Source of the DNA: Vulcanimicrobiota bacterium
GTDB taxonomy: Bacteria > Vulcanimicrobiota > Vulcanimicrobiia > Vulcanimicrobiales > Vulcanimicrobiaceae
Assembly (NCBI GenBank): GCA_963777315.1
Contig: CAVZQC010000001.1
Span: forward strand, 32,001-96,000
Direction of reading: 5' to 3'
Length of the DNA: 64,000 bases
Part shown: piece by piece, positions 51,849 to 61,738 of the stretch
How positions within the stretch are numbered: the first letter of the stretch is position 1
Layout of the letters: each line of letters begins with the position of its first letter
Notes under the pieces: model-generated
The model's input: only the letters and a program-made list of their open reading frames with translations
Told to the model about the DNA's origin: nothing
Databases searched by the model: none
Translations under genes and position numbers: made by a program

Positions 51849-52880
51849 TCAACGGATATCTTCGACGACGGCGTCGTAGAAGGCGGCGCGCAGATCCCGG
51901 GTGTCGTTGCGCCCGAAGTACACGCTGTTGGTGAGCAGCACGCCGCTGCAGTCGCGGGCCGGATCGGCCCACACGCACGTTCCGACGAATCCGGTGTGCC
52001 CAAAGGCGTCCATCGAAAATCGCGGGCCGCACGAATTGAGATCCGTCGTTTTCAACGCCCATCCCAGGCCGCGCCGCAGGATCGGATCGGCGGCTTGTTC
52101 GCTTGTCGCGGCCCGCGCCAATTCATCGGACAGCATCGTGCCGCGCCCGCGCAGCGCAGACAGATACCATTCTGCAAGCCGCGCGACGTCGTTTGCGGTG
52201 CCGAAAAGCCCGGCGTGCCCGGCGACTCCGCCCATCAAAAAGGCCTTTTCATCGTGCACGACGCCCTGCACGCGTCCGCGCCAGCCGTCGTCTTCGGTCG
52301 CGGGAATCGATTGCGAAAGCGTTTGCGCCGGCCGGTACTCCACGCCGGGGGCAACTGCGCGCATCAAAGCGCTCAGCGAGCGCCCGTAGACGACTTGCAG
52401 CAATTCCCCCACCGCGATGAAACCCAGGTCGCTATACACGACGCGCTCGCCGGGTTTGCCGACGAGATCCCGCGCCAGCGCGTGCCGCGCGACGTCATGC
52501 TCGAGCAGCTGACGATAATCCGCGCCGGAGTTCATTCCCGAATTATGCGCGAGCAGCATGCGCAGCGTTATGGCTTCGTGCGCCGTATTCTTCCATTCTG
52601 CAAACCATTCGACGAGCGGCCGGTCGAGCGTAATTCGTTCCTCTTGCACCGCGATCAGGGCCAGCGTCGAGACGAAGAGTTTGGTGATTGAAGCCAGATC
52701 GAACAGCGTGTCCGCATAGACGGGACGCGCCCATCGGTCGGCGCGCGTTTGGCCGTACGCGCGTTCGAAACGCAGCCGGCCTGCGCATTCTATTCGCGCG
52801 ACCGCGCCCGTGAACGCGTGGCCGCAGGCGTCCGATATCACGCGCTCGACGTTTGCGAATTCGCGCGCAACCGCGAGCAT
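51849..52880 (-). CDS. Beta-lactamase-family serine hydrolase, probable AmiE-like muramoyl-L-Ala amidase
   Basis: FDLASITK, YSD, GVVHDE, GHAGLF, GHTGFVG; directly follows nagZ. Confidence 0.8.
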   Translation of the reverse strand: MLAVAREFANVERVISDACGHAFTGAVARIECAGRLRFERAYGQTRADRWARPVYADTLFDLASITKLFVSTLALIAVQEERITLDRPLVEWFAEWKNTAHEAITLRMLLAHNSGMNSGADYRQLLEHDVARHALARDLVGKPGERVVYSDLGFIAVGELLQVVYGRSLSALMRAVAPGVEYRPAQTLSQSIPATEDDGWRGRVQGVVHDEKAFLMGGVAGHAGLFGTANDVARLAEWYLSALRGRGTMLSDELARAATSEQAADPILRRGLGWALKTTDLNSCGPRFSMDAFGHTGFVGTCVWADPARDCSGVLLTNSVYFGRNDTRDLRAAFYDAVVEDIR

Positions 52881-54405
52881 CTACGCAGACCCTTGCAGTG
52901 CGTGCACGCCGCCGCCCAACGGAAACCGCCCAACCGTTGGATACCGGCCGAAGAGTACGTCGGAGAGGCCTTCCATGCTGGGCGCGTCGTCGCCGTACGT
53001 GCAGAGCACGGCCCTTGCCGCGGGAAATGCGAGCGCGTCGTACGGTTCGCGCACCGAAACGAGCATCGCGTCCGGAAACGCCTGCAGCAATCGTTCGACT
53101 GCGGCCGACTGTTTGGCGTAGATGTGCGCGCGCCGCATCAGCACGATGGGCCGCTTTCCCAGGCCGCGAATTCGAGCGATGGCCGCTTGCACTTGCGCGA
53201 GCTGGGGCTCGAGAGCAAGCGTGAACTGCGCGAGCGCAGCCGGCGCCTGCAGTCGGACATGGTCGGTATGCGCACCCTGCACGCCTTCGATCGTCGCTCC
53301 TTCGAAGCTGACCACGACGCTGCGCGCCGGATCGAGGCGCGCTTGTCCCCGCAGCACCGTTACGGCTCGCCGGCCGATCTCGCGTCCGATCCCGGGATGG
53401 GGCGCGTCTGCCTCCAGGGCCAGCGGACTTTGCAGACTCGCACGCAGAGCGGTAACGCGCTCGAAAGCTTCTTGCAGACGGACCCGCGGGAGATGGCCGC
53501 CCTGCACCGCCGCTTCGATCAGATCGATGCTCTGAGCCGCGATGTCCAAACTGCGGCTCACGAGCACGCAGTCCGCTCCGGCTCGCAGCGCCTGTACGGC
53601 GGCAAGAGCCGAGCCGATGCCCTTTGCGATTGCATCCATCTGCACGCAATCGGTAAAGCACACTCCGCGAAAACCCAATTCGTCCCGGAGCAGCTGGGTC
53701 AAAATACGCGGCGACGTCGTCGCGGGCCGCTCACGATCGAGCGCTGAAACGACGACGTGCGCGGTCATGATCGCTTCCGCCGAGGGCAACAGACCGGCGT
53801 AAGGCGCCAAATCTCGCGCGCGCAGTACGGCCGCATCGAGATCGATCACGGGCAAATCGACGTGCGAATCGATCGCGGTCGAACCGTGGCCGGGAAAATG
53901 CTTGAACGTCGGGACGACGCCTTGCGAACGCAGCCCGCCGGCGAACGCTCCGGCAAACTCTTGCACGCGCGAGGGATCGTCGCCGAAGGAACGCGCGCCG
54001 ATGACGGTGTTCGCCGGGAAAATCGCAAGGTCGAGCACCGGTGCGAAATCCACGTTGACCCCCGCCCGGCGCAGATCGAAGCCCATCCGTTCCCCCGCGC
54101 GGCGCGCCAGCGAGCTGATCGCCGGTTGCGGAAACCGCGAGCATTGCGGGGATCTCTTCAACGCCCTCGCGCAAACGCGCTACCCGGCCGCCCTCCTGAT
54201 CGATCGCGATAATCGGATTCGCGTACAGCGTGCGAATGCGGTCGGTCAAACGCCGCGTTTGCGCGAGCGACTCGACGTTTCGCCCGAACAAGATCAGCCC
54301 GGCAAGCGGCATTTCACGCAAACGGCGCTCGAGAGATTCGCCGATTGCCGTGCCGTCAAAACCGACGCACAGCACGCCGGCGGCCAGCGCGCGAACGCCG
54401 GTCAC
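52881..54405 (-). CDS. nagZ: Beta-N-acetylhexosaminidase (GH3); apparent +1 frameshift near 54114
   Basis: ILFGRN and DQEGGRV in one frame; FAPVLD, RSFG, KHFPGHG, DSH, TDCVQM in the next. Confidence 0.9.
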
Positions 54406-55361
54406 GATAGGGCCGTTCCCGTACGCCGATCGAATTTGCGAACGTAACGCGCGTCGAAAGCGACGGCGGTTCGAGCGCCGGGAGCCGGCAGCGGCTCTGA
54501 AGCGGGCGCCCGCGCCAGCAGATCGCCGCGTTCGGTGCGCACGCGCACGAAGACATCGGCACCCGTCGATTCGCTGCCCGTCACGACGCCGTGCAGCGAT
54601 CCGGTATCGTCTATTCGCACGCGCTCGGGCCGAATACCGAGAATTTCGCTCTCATGCTCGAGCAAGTTCATCGGCGGCGATCCGAAAAACCTGGCGATCT
54701 GTACGCTGGCCGGGCGATCGTAGACCTCTTGCGGCGCGCCGCACTGTACGATGCGTCCCTGCATCATGATCGCCAAGCGGTCGCCAATCGACAGCGCTTC
54801 GACGTGATCGTGTGTCACGTGAATGGCAGCTCCGCGGAAGGCGCTGCGGAATGCATTGAATCGCCGGCGCAGCTGCGCGCGCAGTTGCGGATCCAGATGC
54901 GCCAAAGGTTCGTCGAGCAGCAGCACTCGCGGTTCGCTCAGCACCGCTCGCGCCAGCGCGGCTCGCTGCCGTTCGCCTCCGGAAAGCCTGCCGGGACGCG
55001 CGTCGAGATGCGCCGCGATGTCCAACGCTGCGGCGATCTCACGCACGCGGCCGTCAATGCGGGCGGCGGGCGCCCGTCGCACTCGCAGCGCGAACGACAA
55101 ATTGTCGTATAGCGTCATGTGCGGGAAGAGCGAGTCGTCTTGAAAGACCACCGCGACGCGCCGGCGCTGCGGTGCAACATGCAGCAGATCGCACCCGTCG
55201 AGCTGTAGCGTGCCGGCATCGGCCTTTTCCAACCCGGCAATGACCCGCAGCAAGCTGGTCTTGCCGGCGCCGCTGGGGCCGAGCACGACAAGCGTTTCGT
55301 TGTCGGCCACGCTGAGCGAAACGCCGGCCAGACGGTGCCCCTTGTGCAGGGCGTCCGCCAC
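54402..55361 (-). CDS. ABC transporter ATP-binding protein (MalK/MsmX type); start uncertain
   Basis: GPSGAGKT, LSGGERQR, LLLDEPL, HVTHD, C-terminal GIRPE/TOBE region. Confidence 0.9.
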   Translation of the reverse strand: MADALHKGHRLAGVSLSVADNETLVVLGPSGAGKTSLLRVIAGLEKADAGTLQLDGCDLLHVAPQRRRVAVVFQDDSLFPHMTLYDNLSFALRVRRAPAARIDGRVREIAAALDIAAHLDARPGRLSGGERQRAALARAVLSEPRVLLLDEPLAHLDPQLRAQLRRRFNAFRSAFRGAAIHVTHDHVEALSIGDRLAIMMQGRIVQCGAPQEVYDRPASVQIARFFGSPPMNLLEHESEILGIRPERVRIDDTGSLHGVVTGSESTGADVFVRVRTERGDLLARAPASEPLPAPGARTAVAFDARYVRKFDRRTGTALS

Positions 55362-55377
55362 CAGCGCAGCTGCGCCG

Positions 55378-55728
55378 TTATTTGATGCGGATGATTTGAG
55401 CGACGAGGTGCCCCTCGCTTCGGCTGACGTCGACGGTGACGTGCATGCCTTTGCCCAGGTCGGCGAACGAAGCGAATCCTGAGCCACGAAAGACGCTCGT
55501 CGTGGGCGTTACCGCGACCGGCACGGAACCCCGCGCCGTTTTAACCACAATGCTGGCCATGCCGTAGTTGACTGCCACGACGGTGCCCGCGATGACGCCG
55601 TCGGCCTGGGCACGACCCTGCGCGTGGCCATGGTGGCCGGGCGGCGGATCGGCAAATGCCAAGGCCGCGCTCGCGGCCGCCAGGACCGCGGCGAGCATTG
55701 CCGTCTTGAGTGTTCGAAGTACAGCCAT
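55378..55728 (-). CDS. Small exported OB-fold-like (DUF5666-like) protein
   Basis: Signal peptide; GTVVAVN...DLGKGMHVTV...AQIIRI pattern. Confidence 0.6.
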   Translation of the reverse strand: MAVLRTLKTAMLAAVLAAASAALAFADPPPGHHGHAQGRAQADGVIAGTVVAVNYGMASIVVKTARGSVPVAVTPTTSVFRGSGFASFADLGKGMHVTVDVSRSEGHLVAQIIRIK

Positions 55729-55863
55729 GTCGTTAGAGTCAACGTGAATGTCCGGCTCGGCCGTTCCATTCGCCGCCAAAGGGCCTTCTCCATCGCCCAC
55801 TTCTGCGTCCTCGGCCGCGTACTGCCCTTGCGGCGCACAGGCTGCGCAAGAGACAGCGTGCGA

Positions 55864-56163
55864 TCATTGCAGCTCCCTATGGTATTCCTCGAGGGCGGTT
55901 TCCCGCTCGGCGCCGTTGGCTCGAGCTCGCTCTGCGAGCGATCGCAGACGAACGACGCTCGAATCGTCGGCGGATTTTCCCGCCATCACCAGACGCAGCG
56001 CGAACAGCGTAAGGTCGGGCGTTCGCGGGCCGAGCAGTTCAATGCCTTGGTAAAAAGGCGCGCAGCCCGGTACGGCCGAGCGCCGGTGCAACAGTTCGTC
56101 GATCACCTTGGCCTTCGAAGGTACGCCGTCGAGAAGATAGCGGTCCAATAAATCGAATTCCAT
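55864..56163 (-). CDS. Hypothetical protein (99 aa)
   Basis: MEFDLLDRYL...EEYHRELQ helical ORF filling the gap. Confidence 0.55.
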   Translation of the reverse strand: MEFDLLDRYLLDGVPSKAKVIDELLHRRSAVPGCAPFYQGIELLGPRTPDLTLFALRLVMAGKSADDSSVVRLRSLAERARANGAERETALEEYHRELQ

Positions 56164-56166
56164 GCT

Positions 56167-57648
56167 ATGAAGTTCGCCGTACGGGTTGCCTTGCTCTGCG
56201 TCTTCGGCGTGCTCCCGCTGGGGGCCGTCCCGGCGCCTTCGCTGTCCGCGGTTTTGACGCACATGCGCGCAGTGGACGGCGGACTGTACGGCGCCCATAT
56301 CGCGAGCACGACGCCGCGCGTAGTCGACGGCGAGCAAACTTTGCTGCGCGTCGACGTCCAAGGCTTGCGTTTCGTGCTCGAGCAATGCACCGGCGCGGTG
56401 TGCTTGGGGACGTACTTCGACGGGGAGCGGTTGTACTCGGTCAACATCAATGGCACCGCGCTGCCGCGCTCGCCGGCGCCCGAAGCGTATCTGCGCGCCT
56501 TGCGAATCGTCGGCACGCTGCAATTTCTCTCACCTGATTTTACCGCCGGCGGCGGCATCATCGACGACGGAGGCTGGACCAGCTTCAACGGACGCAAATG
56601 CAGGCGGGTCATCGTTTCCGACGATATCGCAACGCCGATGATCGTGTACGTCGATCCGCAAACTTGGCTAGTGGCCGGCGCGCAAGACGTCGACGGGAAC
56701 GCGACGTACGTGATGCGCGACTATCGCAAAGTCGGACGGTTCCAACTGCCGTTCGAGATCGACCGCAACGGTACGCCGCTCGAAAGCTATGAAACGCGCT
56801 CCGTCGCGCAAGGAGCGCTCGAAGAGCCGCACGGCATCGGCGCCGCGCGCAGTTCCGCGCCCGCCGCGGTGGCGTTGGACCCTCACAGTACGACGCCGCT
56901 GGCATCCTGCACCATCGCCGGCGTGAGCGCGCGTTGCCTGATCGATTCGGGAAACTCCGCGATGTCGATGAGTTTGGAATTGGCCGAGCAGCTCGGTTTA
57001 AAACCCGTCGGCATGCTGCGCGTGGCCGGCTTGGGAGATTATGCTACCGAGGTGGTGCGCGCGGGGCCGCTTGAAATGGGCAACGTACGCTTCGGCGACG
57101 CGGACTACATCGTCCTGAGCGATATCCATCGCTACGGCTACGACGTTGTCGTCGGTGCCGACGTCTTGGCGAGCATGCCCGTAACGATCGATTACACGCA
57201 CCATCAGCTGTTCTTCGGGGCCGGTAACGGCTCGGCGCATCCGCTCGAGCCGTCGCCCATCGGCACGACGGTTGCGCTGGATTTTGAAAACTTCGTTCCC
57301 GTCGTCAACGTGGCCCTGAACGATAGCCTCACTTCACTGGCGATCGACACGGGCGATCAGTCCAATATCAACCTGGCCTACCGCTATTACCAGCACCATC
57401 CCGATCTGTTCAAAGCGACCAAAATGGAAAGCGTCGGTGGAGTGGGCGGCAACAGCGTCGAGCTGCTCGGCGAGATCGCTTCGGTCCGCATCGGGACGTT
57501 AACGGCGCAGAACCAGCAAATCGGCACCACGAAGACCCTCAAAGGCACTGCAGACGGGCATCTGGGAGCGGGCTTTCTTTCGCAGTATCGCGTCGAACTG
57601 GACTACGCCCACGAGCGCATGCGCCTGTATCCCGCTAAACCATACTAG
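56167..57648 (+). CDS. Secreted aspartyl protease with two retropepsin-like domains
   Basis: Signal peptide; LIDSG...VVGADVL and AIDTG...HLGAGFL. Confidence 0.85.
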   Translation: MKFAVRVALLCVFGVLPLGAVPAPSLSAVLTHMRAVDGGLYGAHIASTTPRVVDGEQTLLRVDVQGLRFVLEQCTGAVCLGTYFDGERLYSVNINGTALPRSPAPEAYLRALRIVGTLQFLSPDFTAGGGIIDDGGWTSFNGRKCRRVIVSDDIATPMIVYVDPQTWLVAGAQDVDGNATYVMRDYRKVGRFQLPFEIDRNGTPLESYETRSVAQGALEEPHGIGAARSSAPAAVALDPHSTTPLASCTIAGVSARCLIDSGNSAMSMSLELAEQLGLKPVGMLRVAGLGDYATEVVRAGPLEMGNVRFGDADYIVLSDIHRYGYDVVVGADVLASMPVTIDYTHHQLFFGAGNGSAHPLEPSPIGTTVALDFENFVPVVNVALNDSLTSLAIDTGDQSNINLAYRYYQHHPDLFKATKMESVGGVGGNSVELLGEIASVRIGTLTAQNQQIGTTKTLKGTADGHLGAGFLSQYRVELDYAHERMRLYPAKPY

Positions 57649-57757
57649 GGAACCTCGTGTCCGTACGCGCAAAGCGGGCGGAGGAAACGCCTGCCTGTGG
57701 GATAACGCCCCTTCACCCGGCACTTGCCGGCAGCCACTTGTAGAAGGAGGCCTTATC

Positions 57758-58318
57758 ATGTTTTCCTGGTCCAAAGTTTTTGGGTCCGCGCTGGCGTGCG
57801 CGGCATTGATCGCCCCAAGCGCCGCCATCGCCCAGGTGGAGTCCACGCCGGTTCCGATTGGGGGCCGCCCGAACTTTTCCACGCAGCAGTTTTTGGTCGG
57901 TACGTGGTCTTGCAGCACGAAAAGCTCGCGGCGTCCGTCAGCCTATGCATCTACGTTGACGTACGCTATGGATCCGAGCGGCTGGTGGATGAACCAAAAA
58001 ACGGTCACTCCGGGCATGAAGTGGTTCCCGCGCGCGACCACGACGTACGACAAGGTCACGTACGACTCCATGGCCAAGCGCTGGGCCGACGTAACGTACG
58101 GTGATTTGGGCGCGTACGGCTTAGCAACCTCGCCCGGTCCAAACGGCAACACATGGGTTTGGCACGCCGAAGGCTTCGTGCCGGGAGGCGGCATCAAATC
58201 GCAGTCCGACGTCACGTTCACCAAGATCAGCCCCACGAAAACCGTTTCCACATCGTGGTTCACGGAAAACAGCGGGCGTAAGGTCAACGTCGCCACCACC
58301 TGTAACAAACACACCTAG
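57758..58318 (+). CDS. Secreted hypothetical protein
   Basis: AAGGAGG RBS, signal peptide, FLVGTWSC motif and C-terminal Cys. Confidence 0.75.
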   Translation: MFSWSKVFGSALACAALIAPSAAIAQVESTPVPIGGRPNFSTQQFLVGTWSCSTKSSRRPSAYASTLTYAMDPSGWWMNQKTVTPGMKWFPRATTTYDKVTYDSMAKRWADVTYGDLGAYGLATSPGPNGNTWVWHAEGFVPGGGIKSQSDVTFTKISPTKTVSTSWFTENSGRKVNVATTCNKHT

Positions 58319-58437
58319 CGGCGGTCAAACTCGCTCCCGGCGTACGTGCCGATCATCTCGTGCCACCGGCGCCGGGAGCTCGGTCGAGCGGGCTACGCAA
58401 CAGGGCTCGTTACTGCGGGCTGCGTAGTGAGCGGATC

Positions 58438-58779
58438 ATGTCTGATTTGGCCCAGCGTGAATGCGTGCCGTGCAAAGGCGGCGTTCCTCCACTCGACCGC
58501 GAGCAGTGCGAGGCGCTCTTGCAACGTTTGGGAGCGCAATGGAGCCTGCGCCGGAACGCGCACGACTATTTGGAAAAGACGTATGAGTTCCGCGACTTTC
58601 GACAAGCGCTCGCGTTCGTCAATCGCGTGGGCGCTCTGGCCGAAGCAGTGGGCCATCATCCGGACGTCTATTTAGCGTGGGGCCGCGTACGGCTGCAGAT
58701 TTGGACGCACAAGATTTCCGGGCTGGCTGAAAGCGACTTCGTCTTCGCCGCCAAGTGCGATCTCGAGCGCGATACGTGA
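58438..58779 (+). CDS. phhB: Pterin-4-alpha-carbinolamine dehydratase
   Basis: CVPCKGG, FRDFRQALAFVN, AEAVGHHPD, WTHKISGLAESDF. Confidence 0.93.
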   Translation: MSDLAQRECVPCKGGVPPLDREQCEALLQRLGAQWSLRRNAHDYLEKTYEFRDFRQALAFVNRVGALAEAVGHHPDVYLAWGRVRLQIWTHKISGLAESDFVFAAKCDLERDT

Positions 58780-59342
58780 AGTTGTCTGCGCGACAGGCTG
58801 CAGTCGCGGCCTGTCTGCTCGGCGCCTGGCCGTGTGCCGCGGGAGCCGACGTCCTTTCGATCCAGGGTTTGAAACCATGTACGGTGGTCGCAGTGCAGAT
58901 GATCGACAACGTCGATTCGTCCAGCGCGCAGCCGGGTGACTTCTTTCGCTTCGAGACGGTCAACGCGGTAACGGTCGCAAAGCGGATCGTCATTCCGGCG
59001 CGCACGATCGGCTACGGCATCGTCGCGGTTGCTTCATCGGCAGGCCGAGCCGGTCGTCCGGGGACGCTCGTGCTGGAACCTCGGTACCTCGATATGCCTG
59101 GTCACGAACATCTGGGCGTCGTGCTCGATCACGACGCGAGCGATCTCGAAAAGAACGGGAAAACCGGAAACATGCCCGGTTATCTGGGAGCCATTCCGGT
59201 GCCTGCGTTGGGCGCAGCGATCGGCATCTTCAACTATTTTCACCACGGCCAGAACATACTGGTGAAAAAAGGCACGATGTTTTCGATCTTTCCGGCCGAG
59301 GGTCCGCAAACCGAGCGCTGCCAGCAGGATCCGGATCTGTAG
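58776..59342 (+). CDS. Exported hypothetical protein
   Basis: GTGA overlap with phhB; signal peptide; VDSSSAQPGDFF...VIPART..G pattern. Confidence 0.65.
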   Translation: MKLSARQAAVAACLLGAWPCAAGADVLSIQGLKPCTVVAVQMIDNVDSSSAQPGDFFRFETVNAVTVAKRIVIPARTIGYGIVAVASSAGRAGRPGTLVLEPRYLDMPGHEHLGVVLDHDASDLEKNGKTGNMPGYLGAIPVPALGAAIGIFNYFHHGQNILVKKGTMFSIFPAEGPQTERCQQDPDL

Positions 59343-59351
59343 CTGCGGCAG

Positions 59352-61731
59352 CTACCGTTCGAACAGCGAACCGCCAATCGACTGACGGAACATGAACCGC
59401 ACGATGCGCGGCCCGATCGCGCCCGCATTCACGGGAGCGTACGCGCCGTTCGCCAGCGCGACCGGCAGCCCGGCAAAGCCGATCGGGAGCGCGTCTGCGT
59501 ACGCGCCGGTCAAGTTCTGCACTGAGAGCTGCAGTTTCGAGGCGTTGTTGAGCGAGAGTTCGAGGTTGGCATTGAGCTGCGCGAACGCGGGGCGCGCGTA
59601 CGGATTGTTTGCACCGAAATACAACGCGCCCAGCGACGTGCGCGAACCCCGCGGCCATTTGTAGCTCGAGCTCGGCATACCCTTGAGCGTACGGCACGCG
59701 CATGGGCGCGATGTCGTTCGCGCCGGGAACGAACGGCGAGCCTCCATTGACGTTCAAGCCGGGCGTGACGGCCAGATTCGTGCTCAGCGGATCCGACGCG
59801 CTGCCGTAAAAACCGGGCGGCACCGAGTCGACGTAGGTGCGCAGCAGCGACGCTTGCGCGATAAAGCCCAAGCCGACGCGCTTGAATTGCTGCACCGAGA
59901 ATTCGACGCCTTCATGCGTCATCGGCGGCGCATTTGCCCAGCGATACTGCCATACCGGACCTTGCGCGCTCGCGCTGTCGACGTACGCGCCGTGGACCGT
60001 CGTGCGATACACGTCGACGGACAGAGTCGACGTGCCGCCGTGCAAGCGATACTCCAAGCCCGCGTCATAGCCGAGCGATGTTTCGGGCGCGATGCCGGGA
60101 TTGGGCGCCTGCGCAACCACTCGCGCCGGCAACCCGACCGGCGTTTGCGCGGCAATCACATTGGACTGCGCTGCGGTAATCGCCGCCGGCGCAGCAGCGG
60201 CTCCGGTACCGGCGGAAACGCGCAGCGTTACGTCGGACCGCGGATGAAACGCAGCACCTGCACGCACGACGGGCGTAAAGGACGGCAACCACAAACCCGC
60301 TGCCGCCACCAGCAAGTCCGTCAAGGCGCCGACGCGCATTTGAGCGGAGGCGCGAAGCATCGCGGCGTTCGTATGCGCGCCTTGTGAAATGAACGGTTCT
60401 ACGAGCGTGTATCCATTGTGGTCGGAAAACTGCACCTGATACAGATTTCCTGCAACTTGACGGTCGTCTTGCAGCGAAAATCCGATCAGATCGTCGAGCG
60501 CGGACAGCCCGCTCCCGATGCCGGGAAACACGAACGGATCGAACGATCCGGTTCGCTGCAAGCGCATGCGGTATGCTTTGGCGGTGAGGTGATCGGCGCC
60601 CGCATCGGCGTGCAGCTCGAGCGAATACAAGCCCAGCCGATGCGTTTCTTGCGCGTCCGCCGAGTTTGCGAACGACGCGAACAGCGGACCATCGGAAAAT
60701 CCGCGCGCGACCGCCGTGCCGAGCGTGCCTTGGGAGCCCAGATACGTTACCGTCCCGCTCGCGGCAGGCGAGAATTGATAATGCGCCTTGAGCAGCTGCG
60801 CGCGCTGCAGCGCGGCTCCGGCCGCATCGACGTGCGGCACCGGGCCGGGGTTGCCGTCGATCGAAAGCATCGTAGCAAAGGAAAAACGGCCTCCCGGCGC
60901 CGTTCCGCCGTACGCCAGATCGGTGAACTGGCCGCCGCGGTCGTCGCCTTCTACTTCCAACAGTGCCTTGCGCGCAATGCCCGGTTCGGCCGTGCGCAAA
61001 TTGAGTGCTCCATCGATACCGTTCGCGATCGTCGTCTCCGCGCTTCCGTAACCCTTGACGACCTCGACGTCCTGTAACACGAACGACGGCACGTACGCCA
61101 GATCGAAGCTTCCGCTGCTGGGCAGCACGATGGGATTGCCGTCGATGAGCGTGGCGGTCTCCCAGGGCAGTCCGCCTCGAATCGTTCCGCTATATGGGCC
61201 CAACGGCTGGTCCGCGTTCAGCGAAGACGAACGCGCGACGATTGCGCCCGGCGTTTGATCCAGCACCGAGGCTAAAGCAGCTTGTCCCTGATCGCGATAC
61301 GCTTCGCGCGGAAACACCTTGAGGGCCGCGGGCGTGGTATTGAAGGGCAACCGTTCGCGCGCAACCACCGATCCGATGACCTTCAGGGACGCCGGTACGG
61401 GATCCATGGTCAGGTGCGCCAGCATCGCTCCGGCGCGGTCCGTGCGAACATCGCGCACGACCAGTGGCTCGTACTCTTGGCGGCTCAAATGCAGCACGTA
61501 CGCGCCTGCCGGAATGCGGCGAAAAACAAACCGGCCGCCCGCATCCGTGCTGCGCTCGACGTGAACGGGGCCGTCCAGAATCACGCGAACGCCGCCCAGC
61601 GGCGCGCCCGACCGTTCGTACACTCTTCCGGCGATCGTTGATTCGGCAGCGTTCACAGGTTGCGTTAAGGTAAGCGTGATACTGCCCACCAAGAACATAA
61701 CTCCCACGGCACTTCGAAGGAAGAACGACAT
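59352..61731 (-). CDS. TonB-dependent receptor; apparent +1 frameshift near 59667
   Basis: Signal peptide, carboxypeptidase-regulatory-like domain, plug (LDQTPG, IRGG, LIDG, VEVVKG), PETSLGYD; C-terminus VQNL...PRIVRFMF in another frame. Confidence 0.85.
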
Positions 61732-61738
61732 CGCGCTC

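Noticed and set aside
55739..55867. 42-aa Arg-rich minus-strand ORF overlapping the stop of the 99-aa gene
   Set aside because: Composition is typical of non-coding GC-rich frames, and there is no other support.
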